A DNA stretch of 64,000 nucleotides from NCBI RefSeq assembly GCF_003334765.1, contig NZ_QOWT01000021.1, one strand, 5' to 3'. The position numbers and the translations under genes were made by a program. Positions within the stretch are counted from its first letter, which is position 1. Every line of letters starts with the position of its first letter. This document shows, in pieces, positions 15,118 through 28,932 of the stretch. The notes beneath the pieces are model-generated. The model saw only the letters and a list, made by a program, of their open reading frames with translations, ran no database searches and had not been told where the DNA came from. The stretch comes from Escherichia coli (GTDB lineage Bacteria > Pseudomonadota > Gammaproteobacteria > Enterobacterales > Enterobacteriaceae).

Positions 15118-16674
15118 TCACAAATGTTGCTCGGCCCAGCGTAAGAAATCTTCTTTCGGTAATGCCTTGCTGTAGAGCCAGCCCTGACCGTAGTGCACGC
15201 CATGCTGGCGTAACCACTCTTCTTGTTTACTGGTTTCGATTCCCTCCGCTACCATTTTCAGTTTCAGTGTTTTTGCCATTTCGATGATATGCGGCGTGAC
15301 ATTTTTATATTCCAGCGCATCAACGAAAGATTTATCGATCTTCAGAATGTCGACATCCAGATCCTGTAAATAACTTAAACTTGAATACCCCGTACCAAAA
15401 TCATCAAGATAAATTTCATGGCCCGCCTCCCGGTAGCGAGAAATTATCGGGGCGCTGGTTTTCGGATCGGCAAACTCGCGTTCAGTGAGTTCAAGCGCGA
15501 TCTGTCTGGGATTAACCTGATAGTGATTGATCATGTCACGCAGCAATTGCGGGATTTTTTCCGAGGTGAGCACGGGGGATTCAAGATTGATCGAAATATG
15601 CTGCTGTGGATGCTGACGCAGCCAGTCGCCCATATCTTCAAAGACGCTTCTTATAATCAGTAGCGTCAATGGCTCAGAAAGGCCCGTTTGCTGTGCCAGC
15701 GGAATAAAACTATCTGGTGACAACCAACTACCGTCTGTCTGCGGCCAGCGCGCCAGTGCCTCAGCACCGACAATTTTGCCATTGGCTAAGGAGACAATCG
15801 GCTGATAGTGCACGCAAATATCACGATTTTCGATAGCATCCTGCAGCCGATGATGCGGTGACTGAATACGGCGCAAAATACGCAGCACAAACATCGCTGC
15901 CAGCAGGCCAATCACCAACCCGAGCGGTAACCAAATAAAGACTTGCCGATGCCAGCCTTTCTGCAACATTTTCGTTGAAGCCCATGTGATGATCGAAATA
16001 TTCATCTCCGGTAAGGGCAGGATATCGTAAATGATTCCATTATTTTCGATATGCTCACCGGGTGTTTTTTGTAGCCTGGTAATAATTCCCTGAGCAATTT
16101 CATCGCTGCTGGTTATGACAACGTTATGGGCATTGCCAATAATGGCGGCATCAATTTGCCATGAGCTATAGGGAATGACATCAATAAAGGAAGCGGGGTC
16201 GATCATGACGACATAATGTGCCGTTCCCATGGCGACCATGTAACGGATAATGCCTAAATCGTTATGCGATGTTAACCAGACACGATAACCATCTTTCGAA
16301 ATTTTACCTGGCTCGGGGAAGGTATCGGGCGGACTTTCATGCTCCAGAGACGAACACTGGGGAACGTTGTTATCGATATAAGCCACTTCCTGAATATAGC
16401 GATAACTGTAAGATACCCGACGCATTTCCATGAGATGGGCTTCGCTACAGGCAGCGCCTTGCCATCTTTCCAGCTCCTGCAGCGCATCTTTCCCTTGTGT
16501 CGCCACCTTATTGGCTCGAATAGCGACGCGGGAGGAATAGGTATCCAGCTCTTCAATAAACGATGTTTCTACCTGCTGATGGGCCAGCCAGATGCTTAAG
16601 CCGACAGGCAGCAATACTGAAAGAATCAGTACTCCCGAAATAAGGCCGACCAGATGTCGTGTTCTCACCAGCAT
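15118..16674 (-). CDS. pdeB: c-di-GMP phosphodiesterase PdeB (YlaB), CSS-EAL domain protein
   Basis: 518 aa ORF with N-terminal TM/periplasmic domain and C-terminal EAL domain (..EALARW.. DDFGTGYSSLSYL..); an alternative GTG start 6 nt downstream (16668) is possible. Confidence 0.88.
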   Translation of the reverse strand: MLVRTRHLVGLISGVLILSVLLPVGLSIWLAHQQVETSFIEELDTYSSRVAIRANKVATQGKDALQELERWQGAACSEAHLMEMRRVSYSYRYIQEVAYIDNNVPQCSSLEHESPPDTFPEPGKISKDGYRVWLTSHNDLGIIRYMVAMGTAHYVVMIDPASFIDVIPYSSWQIDAAIIGNAHNVVITSSDEIAQGIITRLQKTPGEHIENNGIIYDILPLPEMNISIITWASTKMLQKGWHRQVFIWLPLGLVIGLLAAMFVLRILRRIQSPHHRLQDAIENRDICVHYQPIVSLANGKIVGAEALARWPQTDGSWLSPDSFIPLAQQTGLSEPLTLLIIRSVFEDMGDWLRQHPQQHISINLESPVLTSEKIPQLLRDMINHYQVNPRQIALELTEREFADPKTSAPIISRYREAGHEIYLDDFGTGYSSLSYLQDLDVDILKIDKSFVDALEYKNVTPHIIEMAKTLKLKMVAEGIETSKQEEWLRQHGVHYGQGWLYSKALPKEDFLRWAEQHL

Positions 16675-16831
16675 ATCCTTATTAACACAGTGTAGGGAAA
16701 GTATATCTGATTGTGGAAAAAGGCTGGCTGGAGATAAGGAGGTAGAGCTGGTATTTCATGAAGTGATGGGTGGAAACGATCATTGTCATTTGACCAGGCG
16801 CAGAGCTTTACGCCTGGTATGTAACCCTAAC

Positions 16832-17302
16832 TTAAGATGTTGATTCGGCGCGAGCGAGGGTAAAAATATCGTAAAAAGACAGTTCACCTTTACGGACGAT
16901 CATTTTTTGCAGTTGTTCCTTATGAACATCCGCGACACGCGGAGAGTTCAAGATGGCTTCAACCAGCGCGGCAGGTACAAAGCGCGTGTTGTACCATTCG
17001 CCGTTATAGCAAACGCGGAAATCCAGCACGTCGATATCTTCATAGCGGTAGCGTGGGTAGACATCGAAAAAGAAGAAACCATTAAGCAGGATAAATAATA
17101 CAACCAGTAGCCAGACAGAGCCTGACAGCGTTTCGGACTGCAACATCACCGCCAGGGTGGCAAAAAAAGCAACGTACATACCGATAAACAGCCCCGGATG
17201 TTTACGGATAAAACTGATACTAAAGCGGGGTTTGTTGTCGCGTTTTTCGCGGGTATTCAGAGACTCAATCGTTTCGGTCAGCAGGCGTTGTATTTCGGTC
17301 AT
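16832..17302 (-). CDS. ylaC: inner membrane protein YlaC
   Basis: ATG at 17302 ([22 protein letters not shown]..) 156 aa with two hydrophobic helices; ORF-track start 17341 is upstream. Confidence 0.85.
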
Positions 17303-17417
17303 CGTTTGCCTTCGTGGTATCTGCAACTTTCCAGGGAACACCCTATTTTAACGTGGGAATAGTAGAGGGGAAGTAACAGATCTACCACAATTTTGCATAA
17401 CAGTTGCGAAAAACCGA

Positions 17418-17969
17418 TTACAATTTTTTAATTATTCTGGCTGGATTACCGCCCACGACAACGTTGTCCGGGACATCTTTTGTGACAACTGCACCTGAGG
17501 CTACCACGACGTTATCACCAATGGTCACACCAGGGTTAATGACCGCGCGTCCGCCAATCCAGACGTTATTACCGATGGTGACGGGTTTCCCCAGTTCAGC
17601 ACCGCTATTACGTGCTACAGGGTCGATGGGATGTGTTGCCGTGTAGATATGAACGCCTGGTGCCAACATACAGTTATCACCGATGCGAATAGGGCAGACA
17701 TCAAGCATCACGCAATCGAAGTTGGCGAAAAAATTATTACCGAGAAAAATGTTATAGCCATAGTCACAGCGAAACGTTGGCTCAATATAAGCCTCTGTCA
17801 CCTGACCGAATAGATCAGCGAGAATTTGCTGGCGTAATGTGTGCTCTTCCGCCAGGGAATGATTGTATCGGTGAATAAGCTGACGAGCGCGCAGGCGATC
17901 GCGAGATAACGTCTCATCTGCCGAGCGATACAACTCACCAGCAATCATCTTTTCTTTTTCTGTGCTCAT
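17418..17969 (-). CDS. maa: maltose O-acetyltransferase (hexapeptide-repeat acyltransferase)
   Basis: 183 aa [24 protein letters not shown].. with left-handed beta-helix hexapeptide repeats. Confidence 0.93.
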
Positions 17970-18140
17970 TACTGACCTCCGGTTGCTGAAAATGCGGCAA
18001 CACAGTAAGACGAAAAGTCAGTGAAGAGAACGTTCCCATTACATCTGTGTGATAAAGATCACATAGGGTATGTCTTCATGGCGAAAAAGTATAAAATTCT
18101 TAATAAACAGCCGGTTATAGCTCCGAAAGCGAATTATTTA

Positions 18141-18359
18141 TTAGCGAATAAATTTCCATACTGAGGAAGGGATCTTGTCGTACAGTTTATTCATGGTCAA
18201 TTCGGCGAGGCGGTGATCTGCGGCTGAGTAAAATACCGCCAGTTCATTATCTGATAATTCGTATTTATTTTTCTCGATAACACGCTCCAGCGTGTCAATT
18301 GTCTGGCAACGACGTAAACGCATTAAATAATCGGTTTTCGTTAAAGGTTTTTCGGACAT
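18141..18359 (-). CDS. hha: haemolysin expression-modulating protein Hha (H-NS co-regulator)
   Basis: ATG at 18359 ([72 protein letters not shown]) 72 aa; ORF-track entry is an in-frame upstream extension into tomB. Confidence 0.95.
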
Positions 18360-18384
18360 ACTTCTACCTATGGTTGTAATAATT

Positions 18385-18759
18385 CTAACAAGATAAACTC
18401 GCAGGATTCTCTTTCGTCGCATTGACAAAACAACGGAATAGTCGATTACCTGACTTCCGCCATTTCTGAAGATCCTGCATATTAATACCATAACTACTGA
18501 ACAACATAAAGGTGTCATCCAGATATTCGTCGATCTGCTCAATGAGCTTATTGTCTTCATTATACTTAATTTTGTAATTAAGTGCGAAGGTCGCAATATG
18601 CTCAATCAGTTCATTCAACTGGAGGTTGATCGCCGAGGTTGGGTCGTTTACCCAGCCATGATTGCTTTCTTCAAGGTTTGCAAGGCAGTCATGATACAGG
18701 GTTTCACAGAGAAACTTAAGCTGTGCGATATCATGTCTTTTGGGTGAGTATTCATCCAT
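18385..18759 (-). CDS. tomB: Hha toxicity modulator TomB (YbaJ)
   Basis: 124 aa [34 protein letters not shown].. 25 nt upstream of hha on the same strand. Confidence 0.93.
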
Positions 18760-19263
18760 AACGCGTCCCCTTCTTAGCGGTTGAACTAACGGACACCTTT
18801 CGGGATGGAAAAAACTTACTGACCTGGACTTGCCCTCTCGTTTGTTAGCTTAACTATAAGCCACTCTTTGCAGGTTTTCATCGCATTATTACGAAAAATT
18901 ACAATTAGGAAGGAAGCGGGACAGGACTCACTTTTTCATACTAGCACTAACCCGCAGCAGGTAAAAGCAGTTTGCTCGAACTATTCATAACATTTCAGGA
19001 TTATCGCCAGATGAAATTGGTGACACTAATACCAGGATTGCTCTGAATATGACGTAATAACCGAGGAATGAATAAAGAATTACCGCAAATAATTAAGAAT
19101 AGCCTCTAAATGATTATGGATTATTAAATCTATTAGCGCTACTTAATATAAATTAACTAACAATCAGTATTTTTTATGAATTTTATCCGTGGTTAATACT
19201 GGTTTTCGTATGAGATCCTGAGTTGGTGGTTCAATTACTCCTTAATGTTCGTAGGTTATGCAT

Positions 19264-19285
19264 AAAAAAGGCCGCTTACGCGGCC
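19264..19285 (-). terminator. rho-independent terminator of acrAB
   Basis: Minus-strand GGCCGCGTAAGCGGCC hairpin (19270..19285) followed by U6 (A-run 19264..19269 on plus strand), 20 nt after acrB stop. Confidence 0.7.
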
Positions 19286-19304
19286 TTAGTGATTACACGT
19301 TGTA

Positions 19305-22457
<3,153 letters not shown>

Positions 22458-22476
22458 TTAACGGCTCCTGTTTAAG

Positions 22477-23670
22477 TTAAGACTTGGACTGTTCAGGCTG
22501 AGCACCGCTTGCGGCTTGCTGGTTATTATCAGCGGTAACTTCTTGTGCTTTTACCTGGACACCAGGACGCACTTTCTGCAGCCCACTTATTACTACGCGA
22601 TCGCCTGCTTTCAGACCTTCTGTCACCAGCCACTTATCGCCAATAGCCTGGCTTGCAACGATCGGACGGGTTTCCACTTTGTCATCCGCGCCAACTACCA
22701 GTACGGTGGCATCGCCACGCGGCGTACGGGTTACGCCCTGTTGCGGGACTAAAATAGCGTTTGGATTAAGCCCTTCTTCCAGACGTGCGCGCACGAACAT
22801 ACCCGGCAGCAGAGTGTGATCCGGGTTCGGGAAGATAGCGCGTAGGGTGATAGACCCAGTGGTCTGATCAACGGTAACGTCAGAGAATTCCAGCGTACCG
22901 TCCTGCGGGAACTTAATGCCGTCACTGGTGATCAGTGACACTTTGGCTTTGCCGTTCTCTTGTTTCAGCGTGCCATTCGCCAGTTCCTGTTTCAGGCGCA
23001 GGAAGTCGTTGCTGGACTGGGTCACATCAACGTAGATCGGATCAAGTTGCTGCACGGTTGCCAGCGCAGTCGCCTGACCGTTCTGTACCAATGCGCCTTC
23101 CGTCACGTTCGACTTACCAATGCGACCGCTAATCGGAGAGGTGACTTTGGTGTAAGCCAGATTGATCCGCGCAGTTTCAACGGCAGCTTTCGCCGCAGTT
23201 ACCGCAGCATTCGCCTGTTGCGCATCAGCCAGAGCCTGATCGTACTCTTGCTTACTGATGTACTGAGTACCGAGCAGTTTCTGATAACGATTCACCGTCA
23301 ATTGCGCGATATTGGCTGCAGCCTGGGCTTTCGCCAGATCACCTTTCGCACTGTCGTATGTCGCCTGATAGGTCGCAGGATCAATCTGATAGAGAGAGAC
23401 ACCTGCTTCGATGTCGCTACCTTCTTTGAAATTACGCTTCAGGATAATCCCGCTAACTTGAGGACGAACTTCTGCGATCCGGTAGGCACTGGTGCGACCC
23501 GGAAGCTCGGTTGTGATCTGCAGAGGTTCAGTTTTGACTGTTACTACGCCAACGGCGGGCATCTGCTGGCCACCTTGTTGGGCCTGTTTGTCGTCACATC
23601 CTGTTAGGGCTAAGCTGCCTGAGAGCATCAGAACGACCGCCAGAGGCGTAAACCCTCTGTTTTTGTTCAT
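22477..23670 (-). CDS. acrA: RND efflux periplasmic adaptor (membrane fusion lipoprotein) AcrA
   Basis: ATG at 23670 (MNKNRGFTPLAVVLMLSGSLALTGCDDKQ..) 397 aa, lipobox LTGC; 22 nt upstream of acrB. Confidence 0.97.
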   Translation of the reverse strand: MNKNRGFTPLAVVLMLSGSLALTGCDDKQAQQGGQQMPAVGVVTVKTEPLQITTELPGRTSAYRIAEVRPQVSGIILKRNFKEGSDIEAGVSLYQIDPATYQATYDSAKGDLAKAQAAANIAQLTVNRYQKLLGTQYISKQEYDQALADAQQANAAVTAAKAAVETARINLAYTKVTSPISGRIGKSNVTEGALVQNGQATALATVQQLDPIYVDVTQSSNDFLRLKQELANGTLKQENGKAKVSLITSDGIKFPQDGTLEFSDVTVDQTTGSITLRAIFPNPDHTLLPGMFVRARLEEGLNPNAILVPQQGVTRTPRGDATVLVVGADDKVETRPIVASQAIGDKWLVTEGLKAGDRVVISGLQKVRPGVQVKAQEVTADNNQQAASGAQPEQSKS

Positions 23671-23759
23671 ATGTAAACCTCGAGTGTCCGATTTCAAATT
23701 GGTCAATGGTCAAAAGTTAATAAACCCATTGCTGCGTTTATATTATCGTCGTGCTATGG

Positions 23760-23783
23760 TACATACATTCACAAATGTATGTA
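23760..23783. promoter_or_regulatory. AcrR operator, 24-bp inverted repeat in the divergent acrR/acrAB promoter region
   Basis: TACATACATTCACAAATGTATGTA read directly; near-perfect palindrome (TACATACATT / AATGTATGTA arms) 28 nt upstream of acrR ATG. Confidence 0.85.
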
Positions 23784-23811
23784 AATCTAACGCCTGTAAA
23801 TTCACGAACAT

Positions 23812-24459
23812 ATGGCACGAAAAACCAAACAAGAAGCGCAAGAAACGCGCCAACACATCCTCGATGTGGCTCTACGTCTTTTCTCACAGCAGGGGGTATC
23901 ATCCACCTCGCTGGGCGAGATTGCAAAAGCAGCTGGCGTTACGCGCGGTGCAATCTACTGGCATTTTAAAGACAAGTCGGATTTGTTCAGTGAGATCTGG
24001 GAACTGTCAGAATCCAATATTGGTGAACTAGAGCTTGAGTATCAGGCAAAATTCCCTGGCGATCCACTCTCAGTATTAAGAGAGATATTAATTCATGTTC
24101 TTGAATCCACGGTGACAGAAGAACGGCGTCGATTATTGATGGAGATTATATTCCACAAATGCGAATTTGTCGGAGAAATGGCTGTTGTGCAACAGGCACA
24201 ACGTAATCTCTGTCTGGAAAGTTATGACCGTATAGAACAAACGTTAAAACATTGTATTGAAGCGAAAATGTTGCCTGCGGATTTAATGACGCGTCGCGCA
24301 GCAATTATTATGCGCGGCTATATTTCCGGCCTGATGGAAAACTGGCTCTTTGCCCCGCAATCTTTTGATCTTAAAAAAGAAGCCCGCGATTACGTTGCCA
24401 TCTTACTGGAGATGTATCTCCTGTGCCCCACGCTTCGTAATCCTGCCACTAACGAATAA
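23812..24459 (+). CDS. acrR: TetR-family repressor of acrAB
   Basis: 215 aa [55 protein letters not shown].. TetR HTH. Confidence 0.97.
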
Positions 24460-24586
24460 CCCTGAATCTGACTCCAGGATTTTTCCTGGACATTTTCGTC
24501 GTTGCTATTCTGGTTCACTGCGTCGTGATATTCTTGCGGTTTGACTTTTTCAGGTCGTTCTTCAGGTTCAGAAACCTTCATTCATC

Positions 24587-27500
24587 ATGACTATGTTCCA
24601 GTATTACAAACGATCACGGCATTTTGTTTTTTCAGCATTTATTGCTTTTGTTTTTGTCTTGTTATGCCAGAACACGGCGTTTGCGCGGGCGTCATCGAAT
24701 GGTGATCTGCCGACAAAAGCGGACCTGCAGGCGCAACTTGACTCACTAAATAAACAAAAAGATCTTTCTGCTCAGGACAAACTGGTGCAGCAGGATCTGA
24801 CAGATACATTAGCCACCCTCGATAAAATCGATCGCATAAAAGAAGAGACAGTTCAGCTACGGCAAAAAGTCGCTGAAGCGCCGGAAAAAATGCGCCAGGC
24901 GACCGCGGCGTTAACAGCACTTAGCGATGTCGATAACGACGAAGAAACGCGCAAAATTCTGAGCACGCTGTCGTTGCGCCAGCTGGAAACTCGCGTTGCC
25001 CAGGCGCTGGACGATTTGCAAAACGCACAAAACGATCTGGCGTCTTATAACAGCCAGCTGGTTTCGTTACAGACGCAGCCCGAACGCGTGCAAAATGCGA
25101 TGTATAACGCTTCGCAGCAGCTGCAACAAATTCGCAGTCGTCTGGATGGGACTGATGTCGGCGAGACAGCCTTACGTCCCAGCCAGAAAGTGTTAATGCA
25201 GGCCCAGCAGGCGTTGCTGAATGCGGAGATTGACCAGCAGCGTAAAAGCCTGGAAGGGAACACCGTCTTGCAGGATACCTTGCAAAAGCAACGTGATTAC
25301 GTGACGGCGAACAGCGCTCGTCTGGAGCACCAGTTACAACTGTTGCAAGAAGCGGTAAACAGCAAGCGCCTGACTTTAACCGAAAAAACGGCGCAGGAAG
25401 CCGTCTCCCCGGATGAAGCCGCGCGTATTCAGGCTAATCCGCTGGTGAAGCAGGAACTGGAAATTAACCAGCAGTTAAGTCAGCGTCTGATTACCGCGAC
25501 TGAAAACGGTAATCAGTTGATGCAGCAAAACATTAAAGTCAAAAACTGGCTGGAGCGGGCGCTGCAATCGGAACGCAATATTAAAGAGCAGATTGCCGTC
25601 CTGAAGGGCAGCCTGCTGTTGTCTCGTATCCTTTACCAGCAACAACAAACGCTGCCCTCGGCGGATGAACTGGAAAACATGACCAACCGCATCGCGGATT
25701 TGCGTCTCGAACAGTTTGAAGTTAACCAGCAGCGTGATGCACTCTTCCAGAGCGATGCGTTCGTCAACAAACTGGAAGAAGGTCACACCAACGAAGTCAA
25801 CAGCGAAGTTCACGATGCGTTATTGCAAGTGGTTGATATGCGTCGCGAATTGCTGGATCAACTCAACAAACAGTTGGGTAACCAGCTGATGATGGCCATT
25901 AACCTGCAAATCAACCAGCAGCAGTTAATGAGTGTGTCGAAAAACCTGAAATCCATCCTGACTCAGCAAATCTTTTGGGTGAACAGTAACCGTCCAATGG
26001 ACTGGGACTGGATCAAAGCGTTCCCGCAAAGCCTGAAAGATGAATTTAAGTCGATGAAAATCACGGTGAACTGGCAAAAAGCCTGGCCCGCCGTTTTTAT
26101 CGCTTTCCTCGCTGGTTTGCCGCTGCTGTTGATTGCCGGGCTGATCCACTGGCGTCTGGGCTGGCTGAAAGCGTATCAACAAAAACTGGCTTCCGCTGTG
26201 GGTTCCCTGCGTAACGACAGCCAGCTCAACACACCAAAAGCGATCCTTATCGACCTGATCCGTGCGCTGCCGGTGTGCCTGATTATTCTCGCGGTTGGCC
26301 TGATTCTGTTGACCATGCAGCTCAACATCAGCGAACTGCTATGGTCGTTCAGCAAAAAACTGGCGATATTCTGGCTGGTGTTTGGCCTGTGCTGGAAGGT
26401 ACTGGAGAAAAACGGCGTTGCCGTACGTCACTTCGGCATGCCGGAACAGCAGACCAGCCACTGGCGTCGGCAAATTGTCCGCATCAGTCTCGCATTGCTG
26501 CCTATCCATTTCTGGTCTGTGGTGGCAGAACTTTCCCCGCTGCATCTGATGGATGATGTGCTGGGGCAAGCGATGATTTTCTTCAACCTGCTGCTGATTG
26601 CCTTCCTGGTATGGCCGATGTGCCGCGAAAGCTGGCGTGATAAAGAGTCGCACACCATGCGACTGGTCACCATTACCGTGCTGTCGATAATCCCGATTGC
26701 GCTGATGGTGCTGACTGCTACAGGCTACTTCTACACTACGCTGCGTCTGGCAGGACGCTGGATTGAAACCGTTTATCTGGTGATCATCTGGAACCTGCTG
26801 TACCAGACGGTACTGCGTGGCTTAAGCGTAGCGGCGCGGCGTATCGCCTGGCGTCGTGCGCTGGCGCGTCGGCAGAATCTGGTGAAAGAGGGCGCAGAAG
26901 GTGCTGAACCGCCGGAAGAACCCACCATTGCACTGGAGCAAGTTAACCAGCAGACGCTGCGTATTACCATGTTGCTGATGTTTGCGCTGTTCGGTGTCAT
27001 GTTCTGGGCAATTTGGTCCGATTTGATCACCGTGTTCAGCTATCTCGACAGCATCACGCTCTGGCATTACAACGGCACTGAAGCTGGCGCTGCGGTGGTG
27101 AAAAACGTCACCATGGGCAGTCTGTTGTTTGCGATTATCGCCTCAATGGTGGCCTGGGCGTTGATTCGCAACCTGCCTGGTTTACTGGAAGTGCTGGTGC
27201 TCTCGCGACTGAATATGCGCCAGGGCGCGTCGTATGCCATTACTACCATCCTTAACTACATCATTATTGCTGTTGGTGCGATGACGGTGTTCGGATCGCT
27301 GGGCGTCTCTTGGGATAAACTCCAGTGGCTGGCCGCAGCATTATCCGTAGGTCTTGGTTTTGGTTTACAAGAAATTTTCGGTAACTTCGTCTCCGGTTTG
27401 ATCATTCTATTCGAACGTCCGGTGCGTATTGGCGATACGGTAACCATTGGTAGCTTCTCGGGGACGGTAAGTAAGATCCGTATTCGTGCGACAACGATTA

Positions 27501-27949
27501 CCGATTTCGATCGCAAAGAAGTGATCATCCCGAACAAAGCGTTTGTTACCGAGCGTCTGATCAACTGGTCGTTGACTGACACTACTACGCGTCTGGTGAT
27601 CCGTCTCGGCGTGGCCTATGGCTCCGATCTGGAAAAAGTGCGTAAAGTGTTACTGAAGGCGGCGACTGAGCACCCAAGGGTGATGCACGAACCAATGCCG
27701 GAAGTCTTCTTTACGGCATTTGGTGCCAGCACGTTGGATCATGAGCTGCGTCTGTATGTGCGTGAACTGCGTGACCGTAGTCGTACTGTCGATGAGCTGA
27801 ACCGTACTATCGATCAGCTGTGCCGTGAAAACGACATCAACATTGCCTTTAACCAGCTTGAAGTGCATCTGCACAACGAGAAGGGCGATGAGGTGACGGA
27901 AGTAAAACGCGACTACAAAGGCGATGACCCGACGCCAGCGGTAGGGTAA
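24587..27949 (+). CDS. mscK: potassium-dependent mechanosensitive channel MscK (KefA)
   Basis: 1120 aa ORF: signal peptide, long coiled-coil periplasmic domain, multiple TMs and C-terminal MscS-like domain. Confidence 0.95.
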   Translation: MTMFQYYKRSRHFVFSAFIAFVFVLLCQNTAFARASSNGDLPTKADLQAQLDSLNKQKDLSAQDKLVQQDLTDTLATLDKIDRIKEETVQLRQKVAEAPEKMRQATAALTALSDVDNDEETRKILSTLSLRQLETRVAQALDDLQNAQNDLASYNSQLVSLQTQPERVQNAMYNASQQLQQIRSRLDGTDVGETALRPSQKVLMQAQQALLNAEIDQQRKSLEGNTVLQDTLQKQRDYVTANSARLEHQLQLLQEAVNSKRLTLTEKTAQEAVSPDEAARIQANPLVKQELEINQQLSQRLITATENGNQLMQQNIKVKNWLERALQSERNIKEQIAVLKGSLLLSRILYQQQQTLPSADELENMTNRIADLRLEQFEVNQQRDALFQSDAFVNKLEEGHTNEVNSEVHDALLQVVDMRRELLDQLNKQLGNQLMMAINLQINQQQLMSVSKNLKSILTQQIFWVNSNRPMDWDWIKAFPQSLKDEFKSMKITVNWQKAWPAVFIAFLAGLPLLLIAGLIHWRLGWLKAYQQKLASAVGSLRNDSQLNTPKAILIDLIRALPVCLIILAVGLILLTMQLNISELLWSFSKKLAIFWLVFGLCWKVLEKNGVAVRHFGMPEQQTSHWRRQIVRISLALLPIHFWSVVAELSPLHLMDDVLGQAMIFFNLLLIAFLVWPMCRESWRDKESHTMRLVTITVLSIIPIALMVLTATGYFYTTLRLAGRWIETVYLVIIWNLLYQTVLRGLSVAARRIAWRRALARRQNLVKEGAEGAEPPEEPTIALEQVNQQTLRITMLLMFALFGVMFWAIWSDLITVFSYLDSITLWHYNGTEAGAAVVKNVTMGSLLFAIIASMVAWALIRNLPGLLEVLVLSRLNMRQGASYAITTILNYIIIAVGAMTVFGSLGVSWDKLQWLAAALSVGLGFGLQEIFGNFVSGLIILFERPVRIGDTVTIGSFSGTVSKIRIRATTITDFDRKEVIIPNKAFVTERLINWSLTDTTTRLVIRLGVAYGSDLEKVRKVLLKAATEHPRVMHEPMPEVFFTAFGASTLDHELRLYVRELRDRSRTVDELNRTIDQLCRENDINIAFNQLEVHLHNEKGDEVTEVKRDYKGDDPTPAVG

Positions 27950-28007
27950 AAACGAAAGGGGGCAACATTTAGTTGCCCCGAGATTGCTAACAAAGTGCGC
28001 GTTGTTC

Positions 28008-28108
28008 ATGCCGGATGCGGCGTGACCGCCTTATCCGGCCTACGAAACCGCAAGAATTCAATATATTGCAGGAGCGGTGTAGGCCTGATAAGCGTAGCGC
28101 ATCAGGCA
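28008..28108. repeat. REP/BIME element (two inverted REP units) in mscK-ybaM spacer
   Basis: ATGCCGGATGCGGCGTGACCGCCTTATCCGGCCTAC and inverted GTAGGCCTGATAAGCGTAGCGCATCAGGCA copies. Confidence 0.75.
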
Positions 28109-28160
28109 GTTTTGCGTTTGCCCGCAACCTTAGGGGACATTTAGCGACCCCATTTATTTC

Positions 28161-28322
28161 TCACTTTTCCGCCTCATCATCGCGCGTTAATTTCTTTTCA
28201 TAATCACGCTTTACAATATCCAGCGCGCGCAGCACGGTACTGGCAGGGATCTGATTTTCCTCCAGCAGCACAATCAAATCGACAGCCAGTTTGACATCGT
28301 CAGGGGCATTTTCCAGTGACAT
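28161..28322 (-). CDS. ybaM: small protein YbaM (DUF2496), 53 aa
   Basis: Not in ORF track (<60 aa). Minus-strand ATG at 28322 to TGA at 28161: [53 protein letters not shown]; 13 nt upstream of priC. Confidence 0.85.
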
Positions 28323-28335
28323 ATTCTCTCCATTG

Positions 28336-28863
28336 CTAGCGGGTTAAACGCGCTAACCTGTTTTCGATTTTTTCCAGCGCATGGCGGCAGCGTGCCAGGC
28401 GCGCTTCATAGGCTTCCACTTCACGATGCAGCGTTTGCTGTTCCACGAGATCGGTCACCCGCGCCAGACGGGCTCTGCGTTCGGCAACCATCTCACGTAG
28501 CCGCCGCTCAAAATCCTGATGCTGAATACGTTTACGCTGCCAGCGGGCAATTTTCGGTGGTGCACTGTCCCACTCGCGCAATGACCAGGCGGAGGCTTCA
28601 CGCGCGATGGCTTCCAGTTGTGCCGCCAGATGTTCCGCCAGCCAGGCCACTTGCGGCAGCTGTTGCTGCTCAACTGCATGACGAAGCGCAGCCAGATTAT
28701 CGCCCGCCTCGTCGAGACAAGCCTGTAGTGTTGTCGCACGAGTCTGAAAAAGATGCCTGTCGAAACGAGCACTTAGCGTGGCGAACTGTGACACCGGGGC
28801 ACAACGCTGACGCAGCGTAGCGAGCTGTCCTTCCAGTTTTTCCAGCAGCAGGGCGGTTTTCAC
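28336..28863 (-). CDS. priC: primosomal replication protein N'' (PriC)
   Basis: 175 aa ORF (GTG start) [40 protein letters not shown].. Confidence 0.92.
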
Positions 28864-28932
28864 GATAAGACCTCAATGAAAATGATAATTGTTATGCTAA
28901 AGTAGCCACTCTGTAAGCTGACAACACTCAAT

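Noticed and set aside
27958-27980. Hairpin GGGGGCAAC..GTTGCCCC just after the mscK stop as an intrinsic terminator
   Set aside because: Good stem but no following T-run; termination here is more plausibly helped by the adjacent REP pair. Not called as a terminator.
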